The position numbers were made by a program, and so were the translations under genes. A stretch of 64,000 bases of DNA from NCBI RefSeq assembly GCF_006345805.1, contig NC_043015.1, positions 20,150,001 to 20,214,000 of the forward strand, read 5' to 3'. The notes below the pieces were generated by a model, which made no database searches, was not told where the DNA came from, and saw only the letters and a program-made list of their open reading frames with translations. This document shows positions 12,877 to 26,147 of the stretch, piece after piece. The DNA is from Octopus sinensis. Its lineage: Eukaryota. Numbering within the stretch: the stretch's first letter is position 1; every line of letters begins with the position of its first letter.

Positions 12877-13087
12877 GTTAATCCAAACATGAAAACACAA
12901 AGAGAAAACACAACAACGCGAGGACGTGGAACAAATATAGTATTATTGGATGCTCAGGAAAGAAGGAGGGTTTAACGTTTCAAGCGGAACTCTTCGTCAG
13001 AAACATAGGAAAAGGAAAGATCCAAAGAAGGGAAGACAGAGGAAAAAAAATCACCAACGGTACACACAAGGTCACATTTCGAATGGA
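12877..13087 (-). mobile_element. Short non-autonomous Penelope-related element carrying a hammerhead motif
   Basis: Homologous to 39085-39285 and related to the 3' repeat of the Penelope-like element (32760-32930); flanked by (TA)n. Confidence 0.7.
12970..13004 (-). ncRNA. Minimal type I hammerhead ribozyme motif
   Basis: Minus strand GUUU-CUGACGA-A-GAGU-UCC-GCUU-GAAA-CGUU-AAAC: stem I GUUU/AAAC, stem II, palindromic ACGU stem III. Confidence 0.65.
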
Positions 13088-13088
13088 T

Positions 13089-13120
<32 letters not shown>

Positions 13121-14189
13121 CAAATACATTTGTATATGCATGTGTGTGCATGCATATATAGTGTGTATATGACAGGCTTCTGTACAGTTTCCATTAAAAA
13201 AAAATTTCATTCGCAAAGGATCAGTCACTTCAATACTATTGTACAAAATACAGAAGAAGCTTGTCAAAGGTGCATTGCAGTGGGGTGGAACTCAAAACCA
13301 GATGGTTCCAAATCAAACTTCTTAACCGTATAGCCATGTATGCGGCATTACATTCTGCAAAAAGGAAATGTCTAAATATCAAGACCCACCCTGGAACTAT
13401 TAACACATCTTTTGGATTAAAAGACTTAATGTCAATCAGAGACCAAACTAATAAAAATGTTTCACCTTAAAAGATTAAGAAAATAAATAGCCTAAAGAAA
13501 GAAATGGTAATCATGTTTGTTTTATACTCTTAATGTTTGGGGTTTTTTTGAAATATTTTTTTTCATGCACTTTTTTAGAAATTCTAATATTGACATTTCC
13601 TATTCCTCAAGTCAATTAATTTTTCATTTGTATTCTCTTCGTTAATTGCAGTAAGAGACTTCTTGTAAAATGATAATTAATTCATACTCTGTTTTCTTTT
13701 ACTGTATCTCGTTTAATGTTCTAATAACTCTGATTATATCCTCAACAAATAAACCCTGTCTATTTAATTGAATTATTAATTAATTTTATATCACCAATTA
13801 GTGAACAATGTCCATTGTTTGGTGCAGGTTCCCAATGAGCCAGACGTTGGTTCACAGCATTTCTGATGGCCTCATTGAAAAGGATGTGTCTGTATCTTGG
13901 TGCAGAACAAATATCACGTGGGACTTCATTTGAGAAACACCATCTTTTGCATTTTTTCACCCATATTTTATTTTTACACCCTTTGGTAAGCATTGATGAA
14001 GTTTGTATCAGTTTGATTGTTTAACCCTTGGGCAGTCTTCACCAAGCAGAGCAAAGATCAGAGGCATTTAAGCTGTGATTATTCAGTATTTTTTCCCAGA
14101 CACAGTTTCAAACCACCACCTGGTTCCTGGGTGCTTTAAATGGAGTCCACTGTGTTGCAACCACCACAAGGTCCAGTCCTTTTTGTGAT

Positions 14190-14400
14190 ATGATGGCTTG
14201 CATGCCTCAATGACCCTGAGAGGGTTATGCCAGTAGGGTGCAAGGTTCTGATAGGGCCTCTCATGCTGGACAGGTCAAAGGATAGAAGCCAGACCTATAT
14301 GGACCACCTCTTCTCAGAGATAAAAATGGGTTTGCATAGGGCTAATGACCAACCTAGAAAAAAAGTCAAAGTTACAGAAGCACCAAGAACAACTGAAAAC
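14190..14400 (+). mobile_element. Possible RTE-LINE 5' UTR remnant
   Basis: GGCTTGCATGCCTCAATGACCCTGAGAG ... CATGCTGGACAGGTCAAAGG ... AGGGCTAA resembles RTE 5' ends (recognition only). Confidence 0.4.
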
Positions 14401-14764
14401 CAGCAAAACCTGAGAGGGGGAGGCCTTATGTGATGCAGCAAAATCTGAAAGGAAGTTGCAAGGCCAACCCCATTTCTGACCACCAGGAAAGGGCCTAGAG
14501 GCATGAACAGTTGAGAAAAGGCATCAACAGCTAATACTTCGTAGGCCATTGTAGGTACTTTATTTGCAAGCATTCAATTCAGGTTTCATGACAGGAATAA
14601 TTCAATAGATTGAATTCTTATAATGCCAGGCATGACTAACCATTTTCATTCCATTTATCCAATCACAACATTTTCAGAATATAAATTTCCCTCAAATCTG
14701 TTTTGTTCTTTTTGTTTAGTAATTTGAATTTTAATTTCTACCATAATCCTTTCTACTTCAGCCA

Positions 14765-14895
14765 TAAGGGCTGAAATGTTAGGGGAGGGCCTCAGTTGAC
14801 TACATTGACCCCAGTTGTTAATCAACACTTATTTCATCGACCCTGAAAGTATGAAAGGTAATGCTGACCTTGGCAGAATTTGAACTCAGAACATA
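14765..14895 (-). mobile_element. SINE family B fragment
   Basis: CATCGACCCTGAAAG.ATGAAAGG...GACCTTGGCAGAATTTGAACTCAGAAC, reverse complement of 26835-26900. Confidence 0.75.
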
Positions 14896-14904
14896 AAACC
14901 AGTA

Positions 14905-15282
14905 CTTGTTTCGGTCATTTGACTGCAGCCATGCTGGAGCACTGCCTTTAGTCGAGCAAATCGACCCCAGGACTTATTCTTTGTAAGCCTAGTACTTATT
15001 CTATTGTTCTCTTTTGCCTAACTGCTAAGTTATGGGGATGTAAACACACTAGCATCGGTTGTCAAGCGATGTTGGGAGGGGGGCAAACACAGACACAAAC
15101 ATATATATACATATATATGACAGGCTTCTTTCAGTTTCTGTCTACCAAATCCACTCACAAGGCTTTGATTGGCCTGAGGCTATAGTAGAAGACACTTGCC
15201 CAAGGTGCCACATAATGGGACTGAACTTGGAACCATGTGGTTGGTAAGCAAGCTACTTACCACACAGCCACTCATGTGCCTA
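14905..15282 (-). mobile_element. SINE family A, full length
   Basis: Same blocks as 6215-6596. Confidence 0.9.
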
Positions 15283-15509
15283 TATGTCAACTCACCACAT
15301 TTTTAATTTCTACCATAATAAATCCTGACATAGAGGAAATACTGCTTTTTAAAAATATTATTTTCAATTGGGATACAGGTAACAAATTGGCAGAATCATG
15401 AGAGTGCTGGACAAAAATAGTCTCTGGTATTTGTCCTAGTTCTTTGCAATCTGGTTTCAAATCCTGCAGAGGTAGCTTTTTTTTTTTTATCCTTTTCAGA
15501 GAAACAAAA

Positions 15510-15639
15510 TAAAAATGCACTGTAAATACCAGTTTGAATATGCTAAGAGCATGTTTGGACTTGTAGATAAGCCATTGCATGTCAACAAGTCCAAACATGT
15601 TCTTGACATATTCGAGCTGATATTTACATTGCATGTTTA
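15510..15639. repeat. Hairpin / small palindromic MITE (~55-bp arms, ~20-nt loop)
   Basis: ATGCACTGTAAATACCAGTTTGAATATGCTAAGAGCATGTTTGGACTTGT versus ACAAGTCCAAACATGTTCTTGACATATTCGAGCTGATATTTACATTGCAT. Confidence 0.8.
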
Positions 15640-16697
15640 CCAATCACCGCTCAGTGCACTAACCTTGCAATAAAAAGTACCAGTCAAATACTGGGGTCAA
15701 TGGTACTGATTAATCCCCTCCTCTTAAAACTACTGACCTTGTTCTTAAATTAGAAACAATTTAAATTCAAATAACGATAAAAAAATAAATAACATGTAAC
15801 GATGTGACCATGTTTACAAACTAATGATAAATAGACACAAGAACCAAGCATCAGAATGTTGTTAAAGAAGTAGTTTTAATTAGATTACTTCATTAGCAAT
15901 ATGGTAATTAAGAAGTATTTGACACAGATTGCTAAACCCCAAGTGATAGAAAGAAAAATACTTTTTTTTTCACAAAATAGGTCAACTCTAAGTTTTCTTC
16001 TCAAGTTCAGGTATTCTATAATTATGACAAAAAAAAAATGAAACAAAAAAAAAAACAAATAAAAAAACAAACAAAAAAAAAACAAAAAGGAACTATTCTA
16101 GAATTTGCTAATTTAACATCAGTCAGGCAGGAAGAACTCTTTATACTGAAGAACTGGTACAAAATGCTGGCAACAGATTGGACTACATTCAGATAGCTAT
16201 TTTTTAACTTATTTCAGAATGGAATTCATAGATCAATCATTGTCCTCCTCCTCCTCGTCATCATCATCATCATCATTGTCATCATCATCATCATTATCCT
16301 CATCATTATCGTCATCATTATCATCGTCATCGTCATCATCATCGTCATCCTCCTCCTCATGATGATGATCATAATCATGATCATGATCATCATCGTCATT
16401 TACCATCCGTTTTCCATGCTGGCATGGGTTACATGGTTTGACTTAAATTGGTAAGCCAGAGAGCTGCACCAGGCTCCAGTCTGTTTTGGTGTGGTTTCTA
16501 TGGCTTGTCACTGATATGGGTGCCTTTCACATGTCATTGGCACTGGACATGACTACGATTTCACTTAGCTTGACATGTCTTATGAAGCACAGGAAATTGC
16601 CAAAAGTGATGGTCACTTATCATCACTTCTGTGAGACTCAGCCGGTACCTTTTTACATGAGGATAGCTGTGTAAAGAAGTGTTGATATATATATATA

Positions 16698-17067
16698 TTC
16701 TTTTACATGTTTCAATCATTTGACTGCGGTCATGCTGGAGCACCGCCTTTAGTTGAACAAATCAACCCCAGAACTTATTCTTTGTAAGCCTAGTACTTAT
16801 TCTGTCGGTCTCTTTTGCCAAACTGCTAAGTTACGAGGACATAAACACACCAACAGCAGTTGTCAAGCAATGATGGAGGGACAAACACAGACACACAAAC
16901 ATATACATACATATATTCATACATATATATATATATACATATATATATTGGCCTGCTCGCTTAGCCAGCGAGGTGGCGTCGTTCGAAGGCTAAAACAATG
17001 CAAAAGCATTGTGACCAGCGATGTGTAGCAACATCTGATGGTCTGGTCGGTCACGTGATATATATAT

Positions 17068-17101
<34 letters not shown>

Positions 17102-17805
17102 AACAATTATAAATAAGAGCAAAAGAAAAAAAATTCTATGCCAATATGCTGAGAAATAGACTTTAAAGTGTCAGTCATCACATACAATATACATCACTAT
17201 ATATACATGCTGTGTTGAAAATGAGGAAAGCAAGCTAACGAAAAAAAAAAATTCATTGACTTTAGTTTCTGCTTTTTTCCATGGGTGCTTGTAAGTATTT
17301 CATTTATTTCTTATCATATTCTCTGCTGATGATTAGAAAAATCTATTTGATTAATCCCCAAATCGTTTGATTCAGAGATAATGTATTTTTTAAAAAAATT
17401 CCGTTAGCTTGCTTTCCCCGTTTTCAACATGTATTTATAGTGATGTATATTGTATGTGGTGATAGATGCTTTAAAATCTATTTCTCAGCATAGTGGCATA
17501 GAAGATTTTTTCCTTTTACCCTTATTTATAATTGTTTATAATTTTCACCTGAAGAGATATTTTAATATGCTGGCCACTTGATGAAATGTTTTTGGAAAAA
17601 AATTTTATCCTATATTAAAAGTACACACGCACACACACATATGACAGGCTTCTTTCAGTTTCCATCTACCAAATCCACTCACAAGGCTTTCGTTGGCCTG
17701 AGGCTATAGTAGAAGACACTTGCCCAAGGTGCCACATAGTGGGACTGAACCTGGAATCATGTGGTTGGGAAGCAAGCTTCTTACTACACAGTCACACCTG
17801 CACCT
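16698..17805 (-). mobile_element. SINE family A split by insertions in its central microsatellite
   Basis: 3' half at 16698-16900 and 5' half at 17640-17805; inserts at 16948-17058 and 17098-17624. Confidence 0.75.
17098..17624. mobile_element. Inverted repeat (~150-bp arms) with a trailing truncated hammerhead-like core; probable Penelope terminal repeat with inversion
   Basis: Arms 17098-17250 and 17388-17540; then CTGAAGA (17549-17555) with TTTTAATAT/ATATTAAAA stem, cut off before GAAA. Confidence 0.55.
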
Positions 17806-17810
17806 GTATG

Positions 17811-17879
<69 letters not shown>

Positions 17880-18269
17880 CATCATCACCATTGTCATTTA
17901 AAGTCTGTTTTCCATGCTGGCATGGGTTGGATGGTTTGACAGGGGCTGGCTAGGCAGAAGACTACACCAAACTTCAGTGTTTGTTTTGGTAAGTTTTTTT
18001 ATGGCTGGATGCTCTTCCTGACACCAACCACCTTACAGAGTGGACTGAGTGATTTTTATGTGGCACCAACCCCAGTTGGCTGATTTAAATGGCTGGACAC
18101 AAATTAACAGAGAAAGCAATCGATGCAGTTAATGAAGGATGCATCAATGAAGGGAAGGTCAATGGTATTTGGTATTCTGCAAATCCATGAGTAGTTTGAC
18201 GGAACTTTAAGCATGGTGCAATATAATAATAAAACAGACACCAAAATGATACAAAAATAATGTTGGAGG

Positions 18270-18665
18270 TGGTAAGTAGCTTGCTTACTAACCACATGGT
18301 TCTGGGTTCAGTCCCATTGCGTGGCACCTTGGGCAAGTGTCTTCTACTATAGCCTTGGACTGACCAAAGCCTTGTGCATGGATTTGGTAGACGGAAACTG
18401 AAAGAAGCCTGTCGTATATATGTATATATATATGTAGGTGTGTGTGTATATGTAGGTGTCTGTGTTTGTACCTCCAACATCGCTTGACAACCGATGGTGG
18501 TGTGTTTATGTCCCTGTAACTAAGCGGTTCGGCAAAAGAGATCGATAGAATAAGGACTAGGCTTACAAAGAGTAAGGTCTGGGGTCGATTTGCTCTACTA
18601 AAGGTGGTGCTCCAGCATGGCCGCAGTCAAATGACTGAAACATGTAAAAAAGTAAAAGAGCAAAG
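18270..18665 (+). mobile_element. SINE family A
   Basis: Conserved SINE A blocks. Confidence 0.9.
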
Positions 18666-20402
18666 AGAGAATTTATTCACATCACTAGTTCGTTTTATGT
18701 CTGTGTTTCCATGCTAGCATGGGTTAGATGACTATGCTATTGAGGTATTGTTTTACAGCCAGATGCTTTTCCTGTCACTAACCTTTAACCGTTTTTACGT
18801 TAGGAATCTCTTATTTTATTTGGCTCCGAAAGCATGAGGTCAACGACAGTCACATACACACAGACAAACACACACACACACACACAGAGCTATATATATA
18901 AAGTCCACAGTCGATAAACAAACGAATGCACAGACAGACGATAGGCTTCTGTACAGTTTCCATCTACCAGATTTAACTCACAAGCACTACTCAACATGAG
19001 GCTATAGTAAAAGACATGTTTTGTAAGATATTACGCAGTGACATCAAACCCAGAACCATGTGGTTGCCAACTTTTTTAACTAGATAACTGTTGCCAGATT
19101 CCATAACGAACCTAAAGGGGCGTAACTCTACCATTTATGTCCTGAGCCGACCTTCATTTTGGGAAAAAAAAAAATTTTAAACATTTATTATAAAAAAATG
19201 AATATATAAAATGTATGTATATTTTTATAACCAAGTTCGTTCTAGTACCATTTAACAGTCCCGCTTGGCCCTTTATCTCTTGATATCATTAACCCTACCA
19301 TCACCCCTTATAATTTCGGCACGAGTGTAGGTGTAACCCTACTCCGACTTTGTTTCCTCATAACTTACACAAAAAATGAGTATTTTTGGTGAGCAGTTAT
19401 ACCAATACTTTTTACATAGTGTCGGTTCTGATTATTTCAGAATCTGTGTGAAAAATGTTTTCAGAGGGGCAGAGGGAGGGGGAAGTTTCGGATAATTCAC
19501 GCGAGCCGACTTTGTTTCCTCATAACTTTCAGATGGTATAGATTACGACATCAGAATTTAATGTGAAAAATAAAAACTGATGGCCACGCACACATACATA
19601 CTGACACATCAGTCTTTTTCAGAATTTCAATTTTTGTAGATATTTGTGTGCGCGCAACCAGTTTTTTTTACCTTTCCACATTAAATTCTATAACCGTAAT
19701 CTACACCATGTGAATAGCATTTGGAGAAAATTTCATTAAAAAATTCCCTTTTTCCTCGAAGTTATGAAGTAGGTGTGCGATAAATTCTAATCCTTCTTCA
19801 TTCAATCCGGTTAATCTCTTTACACACATGCACACATACACACGAAATGCACGTTCATAAATGACAACAAAGGAATGAACAAACATGCACGCGCGCACAC
19901 TTTGGTAAATGGAGACGCATTCATAAAGCCGAATACACACAAACAGATATGCACAAACAAAAAATGCACAAAAGGCACACGCATGTGCAAATGTATACAC
20001 ACACACACACACCGATACATGTAAACAAATATAAGTGCAATGTAAAAAAATACACATACACACACAATGACAAATGCACAAATAGAAATGTGCGCAAATA
20101 CTCACACGTACACGCACAATACACACACACCTGTTTCTAATTAAAAACAAAGAGAAAATTATTAATTATAAAAATATTAATTTTGCGGATTCTGAATCTG
20201 ATGTTTAAAACATCCAAACATCTATTTAAAAAAAAAAATGAAAATAGACAGAGAAGAAGGTTTAAAAATTCACAAATAATGACCGTCGGGGTCTGAGCCC
20301 AGAAAGTCCTTAATAACGGATTTCAGTCCTGAAAGACGGATTTAACAATTCAATAAAGCCGAAAGAGACACACTTGGAAACTGAGCGACTGAAATAACTT
20401 AC

Positions 20403-20439
20403 CAGTGAATAAGTTATCCACTTGACGCTTCAATACCAT
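20403..20439 (-). CDS. Candidate first coding exon of the minus-strand host gene
   Basis: ATG at 20439, MVLKRQVDNLFT-G, donor CTG|GTAAGT at 20402. Phase 1, compatible with exon 5931-6101; lies at a CpG-rich/CpG-poor boundary. Confidence 0.45.
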
Positions 20440-20449
20440 AATATTCAGC

Positions 20450-20570
20450 AAACACGAACACACTCCAATATATATTTGTATTTATACGGCTTCTGTCGTT
20501 GACGACAAGAGAAAATTTTGTCACTGAACACAACTGAACAGAAATTAATGACGGTTTGTTTTACGTCAGG
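20450..20570 (-). promoter_or_regulatory. Candidate promoter/TSS region with bZIP (CRE-like) site
   Basis: CpG-rich unique sequence; TTACGTCA at 20561-20568, just upstream of the candidate exon. Confidence 0.35.
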
Positions 20571-20829
20571 TTTTTCTTTTTTTTTTTGTTAGATGGATAG
20601 AGTTACCTTCGTCACTCTATATCTCTTACTGCTGCAAACCACCACCATCACCATTGTGATTATCATAACCACTGCTCTTATTACTTTGCCTACCGTTATT
20701 CTCTGCTTTCTCGTTATCTTTTGTTTCTTTTCTCCTAACGATGTATCCTTTTCTACCACACTTTCTCTTTCACTCTATCAATCTCACACATGACATACAT
20801 AAAATTACTCTATGTATGTGTGAATGCAT

Positions 20830-20970
20830 ATATATTACATATACACACACACATATATATATATATATAAATAATCTAATCTAATCTAATATTATATTAT
20901 ATATATATATATTCATATATATTATATAATATATATTATATAAATATACTATATATAATCTAATCTAATA

Positions 20971-21002
<32 letters not shown>

Positions 21003-21003
21003 C

Positions 21004-21089
<86 letters not shown>

Positions 21090-21420
21090 ATATATATACA
21101 TTATATATAGTATATATATACCTATAAATATATAAATATATATACATATATACATATATATATATTATATATATATACATATAAATAAATAAATATATAT
21201 ATATACATATAAATAAATAAATATATATACATATATAAATAAAATATATATATATAGACACACACGCACACACACGTTCATATACATATACGATGGAATG
21301 CAACCATGCCAATATGTTATGTAATATTTGACACATACACACACAAATCTGCATGTTTCTATGTATAGAAGAAAAGAGAGAGAGAGAAAGAGTGAGAGGA
21401 AGAGAGAGAGAGAGAGAGGG
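20830..21420. repeat. Long (TA)n and (GA)n microsatellites
   Basis: Directly visible. Confidence 0.9.
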
Positions 21421-21677
21421 AGAGAGATGATGAGAGGTGGAGGGGATGAGAAGGGAGAATCTAAAAAGATAGCAAGCTGTGTCTATAAATAGAACTATGT
21501 CTGTAGGTGTGGTCTATTTATAGGGACACTTATGGCAGAGCTGGCTTAGATACCAGTTGATGGCTTCTACACACACACACACACACTTTCTCTCTCTCTC
21601 ACACACACACTGCTTATTTACACACATTTATATTTTCATTCTGTCACTACTACAACAACCACATCACTACATTCCCC

Positions 21678-21712
<35 letters not shown>

Positions 21713-22429
21713 CACCACCACCACTACTACTACCACTACTACTACTACGATCTTTCAGCACCACCACCACTACCATCAGCCTATTACCACTGCTACCACT
21801 ACCACAACTCCATCACCATTAGCAATACTCTTTCGCCCTTACCGCAAATTTACTACCACCACCCTCGTCACTACTCCCTCCCCGCAACTGCCCACCCCAT
21901 CTTCCCTTGTTTCCTCTGACCACAAATTACATTGCAATTCTTTTACACTTAGACCATCGCCATCTAAGTCGAGCCAGACATCTCACGGACGAAGTCTCTA
22001 AAATCACTCGTAGAAAAAGAAGAGGAGGAGGAGGAAGAGGAAGAAAGAGAAAATGAATCCTTTAGACAAAAAAAGAAAAAAAAAACTCCCAAAAACAAAC
22101 TAGTAAATTTTTAAAAGTCTCGTGTCTACAGGCGAATTAAGTCGAGATTATCTCCATTTTCCGAATCGTTCAAGTGACCAAGTGCACAAAACTAAGCCCG
22201 TGGAAGGTTAGGTACGCTTGTTTATGACAGGGTTAGAATCTTTCACTTCACTGGTAATCGCTGGTCCACATTTCAAGTAGAGTGGATTGAAGCAATGAAG
22301 TACCTTGTTCAAGTTTTTAACATTGAGCTGCTTCCGAGAATCGAACACTTGTTCTAATCGTTCAGGGCTCAAAACCCCAAACCACTTAACCACGTGACTT
22401 GGTGTGTAAATTACGCTACTATAATTTAG

Positions 22430-22632
22430 CTTCAAATTTTGGCTCAAGTCCAGCAATTTCGGGTGAGGGGCTAAGTCGACCCCAGTATGCAACTGGTACT
22501 TAATTTATCGACCCCGAAAGGATGAAAGGCAAAGTTGACCTCGGTGGAATTCGAACTGAGAACGTAAAGACGAACGAAATACCGCTAAGCATTTTGCCCG
22601 GCGTGCTAACGATTCTGTCAGCTCACCGCCTT
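22430..22632 (-). mobile_element. SINE family B
   Basis: Reverse complement of GGCGGTGAGCTG.CAGAATCGTTAGCACGCCGGGC...TTTCATCCTTTCGGGGTCGAT. Confidence 0.85.
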
Positions 22633-23118
22633 CTAACTCTTTAAAAATTCATTTATACAACGAACCGACAGAATCATAAAAGCTTCGGAAATATTTTTTC
22701 TTGGGCATTTGCAATTCATTCAACCTTGACACTTAAAAAATAAAAAAAATTAAAGGTTCTCCTTCTTAGCTCTAATTGGCTGCTCGACTGTTTCAGATTG
22801 CATCCCGCATTCTTAAAAACAAGTGGACACATACAAAAAACCAGGATGGTCACGGCTTAGGATTAGGATTCACACTAAGTTAAATGACATCAATACTGCA
22901 TCCCTCAAAAATTCTATGCTTCCCTTAAATTCGCCAGCACTAATCCCGATCTAGCTATGGACCCCTTCCTCTTTTTGGCTCTTTTGATGTTTCATTTTAT
23001 GTTTTGTCCAGTGTACTATGTGTGTACTTTTGGCTACCATTGCTGTCTTTCCTTACTTGAATTTCTGTCCTCTCTTTTACTTTTCCCCCGACAAGTTATG
23101 CACTTGACCACTGCATAT

Positions 23119-24390
23119 ATCAGGTTGAAGAAGTTGTACCGGAGTTTTGCAGAGTTTTGAATGTTTTAAAAACATTCTTTTGTAATTGTCTGATAATACA
23201 AACACAGACTTACCCAAATGCATCAATAAATTAACATTGATTTTTTTTCGCCGTTGTTACAATCATATTTGTACCGTCCCTCTATGTTTGGTCCCCTGTG
23301 GGCAATAAAGAAATCGTTGTTACAATCATCTGAAATGGAACTGTCAAAGCGCGAAATTCGAACAATTTTGCTATTCAACTTAAAAAAAAAAAACCAACGT
23401 AAAGCAGCTGAAACTGCTCGCGATATCAACGAAATGTTTGGTGAGGAAATGACCAGTGAATGGTCAGCTCAAAAATGGTTTAAACGATTTCGCAGTGGAG
23501 ACCTGGGCCTTGAAGATGACGGTCAATGAGAAAGATCCACGTAAAACCATTCGAGAACTGGTAAAAGAACTTCATGTTAGCCAAAAAAAAAACTTCCTGC
23601 AACCATTTGCATGCAATCGGAAAATCAAAAAGGCTCGACAAATGGGTACCGCACGATTTGAATGAAAATCAAAAATGCGCAGATATGAAATTTGCTCGTC
23701 GCTTCTTCTCCGTAACCGGACCGACTCATTGCTTGACCGTATTGTAACTTGCGATGAAAAGTGAATTCTGTACAATAATAAAAAAAACGTTCTTCGCAGT
23801 GGTTGGACCAAAATGAAGCACTGAAAACCTTCCTTAAACTCGAGCTCTTCAAACAGAAGGTTATGATGGCTGTTTGCTGGTGTACTACTGGACTCATCCA
23901 CTATAACTTCTTAAAACCCGGAAAAACCTTTACTTCAGAAACATATTGCCAAAATGAACGAAAAACTGCTAATCCTCCGTCCCAGATTGGTCAACAGAAG
24001 AGGGTCAATGATTCTTCATGACAATGCTCGACCACACATTTCACTAATGACGCTCCAGAAGTTGAGGGAATTTGGCTACGAAGTTCTTCCCCACCCAGCT
24101 TGTTCCCCAGACCTTTCTCCTACTGACTACCACTTTTGCAAGCACCTTGATGGTTTCTTGTGAAAGAAGGAGTTCAGAAATCAAACCGATGCTGAAAGTG
24201 CGTTCAAAGAGTTCATCAGCTCCAGAACTCCAGATTTTTATGTTACCAGATTAAACAAACTTGTAATTCATTGGCAAAAATGTGTTGGTTGCAATGGTTC
24301 TTACTTTGATGAATAAAATGTCCGCATTGTTGAGATATATTGTGATGAATTTTAAGTTTCAAAACGTTACTTGCTTTTTACTCAGCCTTC
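23119..24390 (+). mobile_element. Degenerate mariner (DD34D) transposon
   Basis: Frameshifted transposase 23335-24316: HTH (AETARDINEMFG..WFKRFRSGD), WVPHDL, TCDEK, HDNARPH, SPDLSPTDYHF, WQKCVGCNGSYFDE*; degenerate TIRs. Confidence 0.92.
23267..23314 (+). mobile_element. 48-bp 5'-truncated retroposon tail with 15-bp TSD, inside the mariner 5' UTR
   Basis: TSD CGTTGTTACAATCAT at 23252-23266 and 23315-23329; insert ends CCCCTGTGGGCAATAAAGAAAT. Confidence 0.85.
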
Positions 24391-24524
24391 GTTTTCTCTC
24401 CATGCTGATATATGGAAAATTAGGGTGGTTTTAGAGTCAGATCATAGCTGCTATTTTCAGCATGGTGGTATCTCGTAGATACCCTAATTTATAATTTTAA
24501 CATATATATATATATATATATATA

Positions 24525-24915
24525 CGACGAGCTTCTATCAGTTTCTGTCTACCAATTCCTCTCACAAGGCTTTGGTCCCCGAGGCTATAGTAGAAGACAC
24601 TTGCCCAAGGTGCCACGCAGTGGGACTGAACCCGGAACCATTCTTTGTAAGCCTAGTACATATGTTATCGGTCTCTTTTGTCGAACCGCTAATTATGGGA
24701 ACCTAAACACATGAACATCGGCTGTCAAGCGATGCTGAGGGGATAGGGCAAACACAGACAAACAAATATATACATATATATAGATATACACGACGAGTTT
24801 CTTTCAGTTTCTGTCGACCAAATCCACTCACAAGGCTTTGGTCGATCCCAAGCCACACAGTGGTACTGAACCCGGAACCATGTGGTTGGGAAGCATGCTT
24901 CTTACCACACAACCA
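24525..24915 (-). mobile_element. Two fused partial SINE A copies
   Basis: GAACCCGGAACCAT block at ~24628 and again at ~24868. Confidence 0.8.
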
Positions 24916-25444
24916 CGCATATAATTTATACATATCTATCCTATATTTGTTTCAGGCAATTGAATGCGACCATACTGAGGCAACCTTCACTCTCTACTCC
25001 TCATTAAACCATCGTCATCTTCTTTTTGTCTCCCCACCTACCCCTCTTCTACGCTTCACTTCAATCGTTTCGCCATTTCTCTATTTCGATACACCCCACC
25101 CTACACACATACATACACACAACTACAACGATATACATACAAGAAAAGAAAGAGTGGAGACGATCTAAAACATGGTGAAAAGAAAGTAAACAAGAAACAC
25201 AGAGAAAAAACACACAAAAAACCTAACATACATATAAAAATACAGAAGAAAATAATAGACGGATATCGAAATGGTTGAATCAGAAAGTTGTTTGCAATAC
25301 GAATGTCTATTAAAAGTTCTTTTATTAACTATTTTCTGCCCATCTAAAAGTGTTCAGTTGAAGGCATTACAAAGCATTTGAAGAATTTTTTAAAGTAACA
25401 ATCGTATATTTTTAATGCATTAGACATATTGACTGTTTTTCATT

Positions 25445-25482
25445 TGCATGTACGAGTGTGTATATAGGTATGTATGTATGCG

Positions 25483-25514
<32 letters not shown>

Positions 25515-25820
25515 GGTATGCATGGATGTGTGTATGTATGTGTGTATGCGTATGTATGTGTGTGTATGTATGTATGTGTGTGAGTGTGTGTGTATGTATG
25601 TATGTATGTGTGTATGTATGTGTGTATGTATGTGTGCATGAAAGTATGTATGTGTGTGTGTATATATGCGTGGGGCGTGCGTGTGTGTGCTTGTGTGTAT
25701 GCATGTATGTGTGTGTAGTGTGCCTCTATGTATGTATGTGTGCATTGTGTGTGTGTATGTGTGTATGTATGTATGTGTGTGTGTGTTGTGTGTGTGTGTG
25801 TGTGTGTGCGCGCGCGCGCA
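25445..25820. repeat. (TG)n/(TATG)n compound microsatellite
   Basis: Directly visible; source of the CV- and HT-rich ORFs. Confidence 0.9.
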
Positions 25821-25889
25821 TGAATACATATCCTGCATGGCCACAGCCTCAAGCTGAAAACCAAGAATAGAAAAATAATCTAGAAATAT

Positions 25890-26055
25890 ATATGGCTGTG
25901 TGGTAAGAAGCTTGCTTCCCAACCACACTGCCGGGTTCCGGGTTCAGTTCCACTGCGTGGCACCTTGGGCAAATGTCTTCTACTGTAGCCTCGGGCCGAC
26001 CAAAGGTTCATGAGTGGATTTGGTAGACGGGAACTGAAAGAAGCCTGTCGTATAT

Positions 26056-26147
<92 letters not shown>

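Noticed and set aside
13760-13993. 77-aa minus-strand ORF in unique-looking sequence
   Set aside because: No recognisable homology or convincing splice sites
15296-15463. Possible minus-strand exon (DLKPDCKELGQ...)
   Set aside because: Good donor but a purine-rich acceptor, and phase 0-0 does not fit the flanking phase 1 exons
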